Below, piece by piece: positions 58,584 through 64,000 of a stretch of DNA of 64,000 bases (within the stretch, counting starts at the first letter, position 1; each line of letters opens with the position of its first letter). Position numbers and translations under genes: made by a program. Below the pieces are notes generated by a model that saw only the letters and a program-made list of their open reading frames with translations, searched no databases and had not been told where the DNA came from. The stretch covers positions 7,788-71,787 of the forward strand of contig JAEEJH010000140.1 in assembly GCA_016281775.1 (NCBI GenBank), read 5' to 3'. Source of the stretch: Clostridiales bacterium. GTDB lineage: Bacteria > Bacillota > Clostridia > Oscillospirales > CAG-272.

Positions 58584-59114
58584 TTATTTCGTTTTTATGC
58601 AGTAGAAGAACCCGTTTCTCTGTTTACCGAGTTCAGCGCATTCTTTCGTCTTTACCGCGGCCCTCTCCCAGACCGACGGATCGAATATCCCTGCGTTATT
58701 GTGTATCTTTGCGTCGTCTTTGCCGAAGAACAGCTGTATCACGGGTATGAAATCGTAGAAATTATTCGTATACCCCTCGCCCGGCTTTATGTCGTCTGCG
58801 GTCGAAGCACCGCCGCCGAGATAAAGATTTGACGATGCAAGGCGCATATTCTCGGTCAGGCCGTAGATATCCGAAAGCTCGTCGGGAAATTTCAGCATTA
58901 CCGCCGCGTCGAATTCGTCGGAATACGCCGATATCAAAAGCGGTTTTCTCGAATATACGATCGCCGGCTGAATATCGCCGTTCTGCAGCGCCTGCGCGAT
59001 AAGCTCGAACTGCATATCGTAATAGATCTTCTGCGTAAAAGACAGACCGAGCATTTTTCTTATCTGATAAAACTTTTTATACGACGCTCTGATCTTTGAC
59101 GGATTGTAATCCAT
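58584..59114 (-). CDS. hypothetical protein (176 aa)
   Basis: A clean ORF between a terminator and an AAGGAGAAAAAA RBS. I recognise no motif. Confidence 0.6.
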   Translation of the reverse strand: MDYNPSKIRASYKKFYQIRKMLGLSFTQKIYYDMQFELIAQALQNGDIQPAIVYSRKPLLISAYSDEFDAAVMLKFPDELSDIYGLTENMRLASSNLYLGGGASTADDIKPGEGYTNNFYDFIPVIQLFFGKDDAKIHNNAGIFDPSVWERAAVKTKECAELGKQRNGFFYCIKTK

Positions 59115-59190
59115 TGTTTTTTCTCCTTGGTATTATGATAATTTTCCCCCCGACCGTAAGGCCGAGGGGGAAAAATCAAGATTTTCGGGT

Positions 59191-59610
59191 TCAGCCTCTT
59201 GCGTTGTAATCCGCGTTGATGAGGTTCTGCGATTTGATGTATTTATGCATAAATACGAGCGGACCTATGACGATGAGGGAACCGAGAACGCCCCAGCCCC
59301 AGAACGTGCCGGCGCTGAATTTGTAAGCGATGCCGCGGCGCTGAAGTTCCGCGCCCATACGGTTGCAGATGCGGTGCTGCCATACGATGGCTGCGATGCC
59401 ACAGGTAATGGGGGCGATGATGAACGTAAGAAGCAGGAAGTGCATAGACTTTTTGCCGTCGTGCGGAGTGGCTATGAGGTTGAGCTCATTCGTCATCTTG
59501 GTATACATCACAAGCGGATAAATTCCAAAGGTGATAAGACTGAGAAGGATCGCCTTGATCAGGCTTCTGTTCGTCTTGAGCTGAGGACGAACGGGTGCGG
59601 GATTGGTCAT
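59191..59610 (-). CDS. small membrane protein, DUF4234-like
   Basis: GGAGGAA RBS. SLITFGIYPLVMYTKMTNELN resembles the DUF4234 block. There are 3-4 TM segments. Confidence 0.65.
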   Translation of the reverse strand: MTNPAPVRPQLKTNRSLIKAILLSLITFGIYPLVMYTKMTNELNLIATPHDGKKSMHFLLLTFIIAPITCGIAAIVWQHRICNRMGAELQRRGIAYKFSAGTFWGWGVLGSLIVIGPLVFMHKYIKSQNLINADYNARG

Positions 59611-59635
59611 GATTTGATTCCTCCGTTTTTTTTAC

Positions 59636-59664
59636 ATTTTATCACGTTTTTTAACAGTTGTCAA
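59636..59664 (-). promoter_or_regulatory. sigma-A-type promoter (TTGACA-17-TGaTAAAAT)
   Basis: The minus strand reads TTGACAactgttaaaaaacgTGaTAAAAT. Confidence 0.65.
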
Positions 59665-59703
59665 TAAATTTTTACATATTTCACCGTTTATTCTGCAGTT
59701 TTT

Positions 59704-60258
59704 TCAAAAAATCGGGATCTGCCGCCTCTCATACGCGAGCTCCGCGCAGAGCGGAACTTTACCGAAATCGGACAAAAGCGAGTGCGGCTTGTTGACCGGA
59801 TCGTCATAATGAAGCGGCGCAAAGTAATAATTTTTGCGGTTCAGCAGTTCTCCGATATTCTTCAGATTCGCGCCGAGCGCGTCATTCGAACACAGTGCGA
59901 TAAGCACGGGGCGGTCGGCTCTGACCGTCGCTTTTGCCGCCATCGTGACCGCCGTATCGGTTATTCCGGCGGCGAGTTTTGCAAGTGTGTTGCCGGTACA
60001 CGGGCAGATCACCAGCAGATCGAGCGGCTCTTTCGGGCCGAGGGGTTCGGCGTCCTTTATGCTCATGACCGGGGCTCTGCCGCACAGCTCCGTCACCTTC
60101 TTTATCAGCTCGCCGCAGGTACCGAAGCGAGTGTCGGTACACGCCGCCGTCTCCGACAGTACCGGTACGACTTCGTGGACGGCGCAGAGCGTTTGCAGTA
60201 CCTCGAGCGAGTTTTTATGAGTGCAGAACGAACCGCAGATACAGTAACCGATCTTCAC
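59704..60258 (-). CDS. dpaB: dipicolinate synthase subunit B
   Basis: The GTG at 60258 lies 8 nt after AAGGAGG and overlaps the dpaA stop (GTGA). (M)KIGYCICGSFCTH... and LVICPCTGNTLAKLAAGITDT form the flavoprotein-like fold typical of SpoVFB. The Arg-rich track extension to 60522 is discarded. Confidence 0.85.
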   Translation of the reverse strand: MKIGYCICGSFCTHKNSLEVLQTLCAVHEVVPVLSETAACTDTRFGTCGELIKKVTELCGRAPVMSIKDAEPLGPKEPLDLLVICPCTGNTLAKLAAGITDTAVTMAAKATVRADRPVLIALCSNDALGANLKNIGELLNRKNYYFAPLHYDDPVNKPHSLLSDFGKVPLCAELAYERRQIPIF

Positions 60259-61139
60259 AGCACGCTCCTCCTTTTCAGTATCCTTATTACCGCGTCGGCT
60301 ATGTTCTTGCCCGCGGTGACGGGCGCGGTCTTGCCCGGCAAAGACAGGGCGTGCACGACTTTTATGCCCTTCGCGGCGGCGAAGCCGTCGTCGACGCCGC
60401 CCGGCATCGAAGCAAGATCGATTATCAGCGCGTCGGGCTCCGCAGAACAAAGCACGTTTCTGTCGAGTATCAGCTCCGGGACCGTGTTGATTATCAGATT
60501 TTTGCCTCTGACTGCGGCGCATATCGAATCCGTATGCTCGCTCTTATATCCGTACGCTTCAGCCCATGCGAGCGCTTCGCCGCGCCTTGCGCAGACGGTG
60601 ACGTTCGCGCCGAGCGCGGCAAACGAAGCGGCGGTCAGTTTGCCTATCCTGCCGTAGCCGACTACGAGCACGTCTGAGCCGCGCACCGTGACCGAAAGCT
60701 CGCGCATCGCGACCTCGAGAGCGCCTTCGGCGGTCGGCACGGCGTTTTTGACGGTGAGTTCTTCGTCCTTCATGTAATCTATCAGCGTTATGTTCTTCTC
60801 TTCCGCTTTTGAAACAAAAGACGGCGTGCAGACTCCGGCGAACAGTAGCTGACCCGCAGACAAGGCGTTCAGCACCTCGTCGATCCTTACCTCCGTCTTT
60901 GAAAACGGGCAGTTGATACGGCAGCCGTCGGACGAAAACGGAACCGGCAAAACGACGACCGACGCGCCTTTTACCGCGTCGCCGATACTGCCGCAGCGCA
61001 CCGCCGATCCGCAGCTGCAAAAGCCCGCGTCAAATCCGAAAACCGACACTTCAAATCCGTTATCGGCAAGTTCTCTGGCGGTGATCAGCATACGTATATC
61101 GCCGCCGATCACACACATTTTTATATTATCGTTATTCAT
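60255..61139 (-). CDS. dpaA: dipicolinate synthase subunit A
   Basis: MNNDNIKMCVIGGDIRMLITARELADNGFEVSVFGFD is followed by the Rossmann block VLVVGYGRIGK. Confidence 0.85.
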   Translation of the reverse strand: MNNDNIKMCVIGGDIRMLITARELADNGFEVSVFGFDAGFCSCGSAVRCGSIGDAVKGASVVVLPVPFSSDGCRINCPFSKTEVRIDEVLNALSAGQLLFAGVCTPSFVSKAEEKNITLIDYMKDEELTVKNAVPTAEGALEVAMRELSVTVRGSDVLVVGYGRIGKLTAASFAALGANVTVCARRGEALAWAEAYGYKSEHTDSICAAVRGKNLIINTVPELILDRNVLCSAEPDALIIDLASMPGGVDDGFAAAKGIKVVHALSLPGKTAPVTAGKNIADAVIRILKRRSVL

Positions 61140-61173
61140 ATCGTACCTTTCAGTGTATAATAAGGTCACACCG

Positions 61174-61201
61174 TATTATATGAACGCTTTGCCGGCTTTG
61201 T
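61174..61201 (-). promoter_or_regulatory. candidate sigma-K-type promoter (AC-17-CATATAATA) upstream of dpaAB
   Basis: The minus strand reads ttgACaaagccggcaaagcgttCATAtaaTA. This fits the remembered SigK consensus AC-16/17-CATAnnnTA, and spoVF is SigK-dependent in Bacillus. Confidence 0.35.
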
Positions 61202-61354
61202 CAAAGTTACAAACGTTAAAGCGCTTAAGCAATACCGCGTTCACACCCTTTTAATAATATGCGCTTGATGTTTTGTCGAAAATATGATAAACTTTTTCAA
61301 ATCTTTTAGGTCGATAATCATTAACGACGTAAGACAAAGTTCAGGAGTATAATA

Positions 61355-62497
61355 ATGGTAATAACAGTAGTTTGCGACGTTTTAGGTAAAGAAAACAACG
61401 GTACGACGATCGCCGCGATGAATCTCATACGGGCGCTGAAGGAGCGCGGACACACCGTTCGCGTTGTCTGTTCGGACCCGAACCGCGCGGGTATGAAGGA
61501 TTATTACGTTGTTCCGCGTATGGATCTCGGTCCGCTCAACGGCTATATAGCAAAAAACGGCGTGGCTCTCTCCCGCCCCGATACGAACATACTCGCGGCT
61601 TCGCTCAACGGCGCCGATCACGTTCATATAATGCTTCCGTTCGCGCTCGGCAAGACGGCGGTACAGATAGCGCGTGATCGCGATCTGCCGGTAACGGCGG
61701 GCTTTCACTGCCAGGCGGAGAATCTGACGGGGCACCTTTTTATGAAAAACTTCGCACCGGCGAACTATATCGCCTATCGCGCGTTTTATCACGATCTTTA
61801 CAGATTCTGCGATCTCGTCCATTATCCGTCCCGGTTTATCTGCGACACATTCGAAGCGGTCGTCGGACCGACGCCGCACCGCATAATCTCAAACGGCGTA
61901 AACCGCTGTTTTCATCCGAAGAAAACCGAAAAGCCGGATGAACTGCGAGGCAAATTCGTCGTTCTGTTCACGGGCCGCTACGGTCCCGAGAAACGCCACG
62001 ACGTGTTGATCGACGCCGTCGCTCTGTCGCGGCACAAAGATGAGATACAGCTGATTTTCGCCGGATCCGGCCCGAAAAAAGAAGCTCTGCAAAAGAGAGC
62101 CGGACGCCGCGGTATAAATATGCCGATAATGAACTTCTACGACCGCGCCTCGCTTATCGACGTGATAAACTATTCCGATCTCTACGTACACCCGGCCGAT
62201 ATAGAGATCGAAGCGATAGCCTGCCTTGAAGCCATAGCCTGCGGTAAAGTGCCGTTGATCGCCGATTCGCCGCGAAGCGCGACGCGCTTTTTCGCGCTCT
62301 CCGACCGCAATCTGTTCAGCTATAATCAGCCGCAGTCGCTTGCCGACGGACTCGACTGGTGGATAGAACATCCGGCGGAGCGCAAAGTTTGCGCCGAGAA
62401 GTATCTCGGCTACGCGGCGCAGTTCGAATACGGTCACTGTATGGATATGATGGAGAAAATGATAATCGAAGCGGGAGAAAAACACCGTGAAAAATGA
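61355..62497 (+). CDS. GT4-family glycosyltransferase (glycolipid synthase-like)
   Basis: AGGAG RBS. The N-terminus is MVITVVCDVLGKENNGTTIAAMNLIRALKERGHTVRVV. The C-terminal half has the E-x7-E-like block (PADIEIEAIACLEAIACG). Confidence 0.75.
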   Translation: MVITVVCDVLGKENNGTTIAAMNLIRALKERGHTVRVVCSDPNRAGMKDYYVVPRMDLGPLNGYIAKNGVALSRPDTNILAASLNGADHVHIMLPFALGKTAVQIARDRDLPVTAGFHCQAENLTGHLFMKNFAPANYIAYRAFYHDLYRFCDLVHYPSRFICDTFEAVVGPTPHRIISNGVNRCFHPKKTEKPDELRGKFVVLFTGRYGPEKRHDVLIDAVALSRHKDEIQLIFAGSGPKKEALQKRAGRRGINMPIMNFYDRASLIDVINYSDLYVHPADIEIEAIACLEAIACGKVPLIADSPRSATRFFALSDRNLFSYNQPQSLADGLDWWIEHPAERKVCAEKYLGYAAQFEYGHCMDMMEKMIIEAGEKHREK

Positions 62498-63284
62498 TCG
62501 GATCCGCTATTACACCGACCCGTTGAACGACGATTTTGCCGGAACGGATATAAAAACACGCCGCGTACCGCCCGATTTCTGCTACGTGCATAAATCAGTT
62601 TTATGGCGCGTAGCGAGCTTTTTGATCTACTACTGCTTCGCTGTACCGGTCGTCTTTATCACGGCGAAGCTGATACTCGGGCTCAGGTTCGAAAACAGAC
62701 GCGTACTGCGAAAACTGCGGGATAAGGGCTGTTTTCTATACGCGAACCACACTAACGTTTTTGACGCTTACGTCCCGGCGCTCGCAGCGTTTCCGCGGCG
62801 CGGATATACAGTCGCCGGACCCGATATAATATCCATCCCCGGCATACGCAATCTTGTAATGATGCTCGGCGCGCTGCCGATACCGTCGGACCACAAAACG
62901 ATGCGCAGATTTACCGAAGCGATAGCGGAGCGATGCGCCGAACGATCTTTTATCGCCATATACCCCGAGGCTCATATCTGGCCGTATTACACCGGCATAC
63001 GCCCTTTCACCGGCGCGTCGTTTTGCTATCCCGTTATGAACGGCGCCCCGGCGGTCGCAATGGTGACGACGTACCGCAAGCGTAAAGGTCTGTTCGCGCT
63101 GTGCAAACGCCCCGGCATGACCGTCACGTTTTCGGAGCCGTTTTACCCCGATCCTTCGCTTTCAAAAAGAGAGGCGCAGAAAAAACTGCGCGATCAGGTA
63201 TACGGTTTTATGACAAAAGTATCAAACGGCGCCGATCAGGTATGTTATATAAGATACGAACCGGCAGATAACGCGCGATCGTAA
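62487..63284 (+). CDS. lysophospholipid (1-acyl-sn-glycerol-3-phosphate-type) acyltransferase
   Basis: GTG start after GGGAGAAA, with an 11-nt overlap. An N-terminal TM is present. The HX4D motif is NHTNVFD and the second block is IYPEAH. Confidence 0.7.
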   Translation: MKNDRIRYYTDPLNDDFAGTDIKTRRVPPDFCYVHKSVLWRVASFLIYYCFAVPVVFITAKLILGLRFENRRVLRKLRDKGCFLYANHTNVFDAYVPALAAFPRRGYTVAGPDIISIPGIRNLVMMLGALPIPSDHKTMRRFTEAIAERCAERSFIAIYPEAHIWPYYTGIRPFTGASFCYPVMNGAPAVAMVTTYRKRKGLFALCKRPGMTVTFSEPFYPDPSLSKREAQKKLRDQVYGFMTKVSNGADQVCYIRYEPADNARS

Positions 63285-63331
63285 TTTGCCTCAAAGCGCT
63301 TTTATTGAATAAACAGCGCTTATATATGAAA

Positions 63332-63365
63332 ACGGGTCTGCATCACCGAATGCAGACCCGTTTGT
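63332..63365. terminator. hairpin terminator between convergent genes (12-bp stem)
   Basis: ACGGGTCTGCAT-caccga-ATGCAGACCCGT followed by TTGTT. Confidence 0.7.
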
Positions 63366-64000
63366 TCAATCTTTAAGACTGTTGTCGAACGCTTCGACTA
63401 TCTTGTCTATCTTTCTCTGTGCCTGTGTCTTATAGCCTTCGAGCTTTGACGATACGTTTTTCGATTTGCTCCGGAGCAGATCTCTGACGTACGATCCGAC
63501 GCCTTCCCACATATTGACGTAAGCCATATCGAATATGCGGTGTCTGACGATTATATCGACCATCTCGGCGGATTCCCAGTCGCGCGTCATCTTGCGCTTG
63601 AGGTAGACCTCTTTGAGCTCCGGCGTTATTATTTTGTACGCCTCGCTTGCGAGGGCTTCGATGATTATCGAAACGAATTCGCGGTCCTCGGGTTTTGAGA
63701 CCGTCGCGGGAACGCATACCATGCTCGACGCGCCGTTGACGAAAGTCTTGTACTCTTTCTGTTTTTCGTCGTATTTCGGCTCGGGGACGATGCCGTAATC
63801 GTCGTCCATCTCGCGCAGAAATTCGCACGAAGAGAGCATCGCGTTATAGAACATCGCTCTGCCGTCGGTGAATATCTTGATGACGTTCAGCTCGTACGCC
63901 TCGTCGGTCTCGAAATTCGCGTTGTTCGTGATGAGCGCTTCGTAGATCTTTTCGTATATCTGCGTTTCTTTCGCTATATCCGGATCGTAGACAGGCACGT
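63366..64000 (-). CDS. extracellular solute-binding protein (ABC sugar uptake), C-terminal part; N-terminus beyond the right edge
   Basis: The ORF is open to the window edge. The composition and blocks (FYNAMLSSCEFLREMDDDYGIVPEPKYDE..., KEVYLKRKMTRDWESAEMVD) look like large family-1 SBPs. This is a tentative call. Confidence 0.55.
   Translation of the reverse strand, partial: VPVYDPDIAKETQIYEKIYEALITNNANFETDEAYELNVIKIFTDGRAMFYNAMLSSCEFLREMDDDYGIVPEPKYDEKQKEYKTFVNGASSMVCVPATVSKPEDREFVSIIIEALASEAYKIITPELKEVYLKRKMTRDWESAEMVDIIVRHRIFDMAYVNMWEGVGSYVRDLLRSKSKNVSSKLEGYKTQAQRKIDKIVEAFDNSLKD

Noticed and set aside
60259-60522. Long Arg-rich N-terminal extension of dpaB (track ORF 59704..60522), and similar extensions of nnr (to 45240) and aspartate kinase (to 49090)
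   Set aside because: The extensions overlap the upstream gene in another frame and are Arg/Gly-rich junk. Internal starts with RBSs reproduce the canonical N-termini (VKIGYCICGSFC, MIRVLSRAG.., MNTIVTKFGGTS).
1-64000. Prophage, ICE or plasmid-derived island
   Set aside because: No integrase, recombinase, terminase, capsid/tail, relaxase or T4SS genes are present, and there is no tRNA attachment site. The only mobile-type gene is the single RAYT-like ORF.

Overview
This 64-kb window reads like a spore-forming, Gram-positive Clostridia-type genome: AGGAGG-type RBSs, dpaA/dpaB, cohesin/dockerin modules and fairly GC-rich coding DNA. Coding density is high and about 50 CDSs can be placed. No rRNA, tRNA, CRISPR array, cas gene, integrase or prophage module was seen.

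LEFT HALF (about 0.8-31.2 kb) is one co-directional minus-strand cell-surface island with four parts. (i) A 2394-aa secreted protein ends in a dockerin and is followed by two paralogous cohesin-like membrane-anchored proteins. (ii) A protein carries degenerate HD-GYP and EAL (c-di-GMP-type) domains. (iii) A ~19-kb operon-like array holds two SipW-type (ER-type) signal peptidases and at least eight proteins with SipW-class signal peptides (T-Y-A-W-F motif), most of which also share a TasA/camelysin-like C-terminal strand motif. The array also includes a membrane-anchored paralog, a beta-helix fusion, an acidic decapeptide-repeat protein and an lgt paralog. (iv) Between the two sipW genes sits a membrane-tethered McrB-family AAA+ (GTPase-type) protein. 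Its partner has ~250 aa of E/R/K-rich helix where a McrC nuclease would be expected. Parts (iii) and (iv) together are my best candidate for an undescribed system: a multi-subunit extracellular fibre or matrix machine with a co-opted restriction-type motor, or alternatively a nuclease-less membrane McrBC-derived defence module nested in it.

RIGHT HALF holds transport and housekeeping genes: a CDF transporter, ABC transporters, a sugar-phosphate isomerase, an esterase, a HAD hydrolase, Nfo, Nnr, a hypoxanthine/uracil-DNA-glycosylase-family protein, a cohesin protein, an EndA-like nuclease lipoprotein, an amidohydrolase and aspartate kinase. It also holds three XRE-HTH/TPR paralogs (one frameshifted) in a visibly AT-richer patch, DUF4838/LRR and CotH lipoproteins, a RAYT-type Y1 transposase bracketed by 20-bp direct repeats, dpaAB, a GT4 glycosyltransferase plus acyltransferase, and a partial solute-binding protein.

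Intergenic DNA contains many arrays of short GC-rich hairpins separated by fixed 7-mers (TGAATTG, ATATCGA), and REP-like hairpins headed by GTAGGG or GTAAGG.

Limits: all family calls come from reading motifs by eye and from remembered consensus sequences. No database search or folding was run. Start codons were chosen by RBS inspection and may be off by a few codons.
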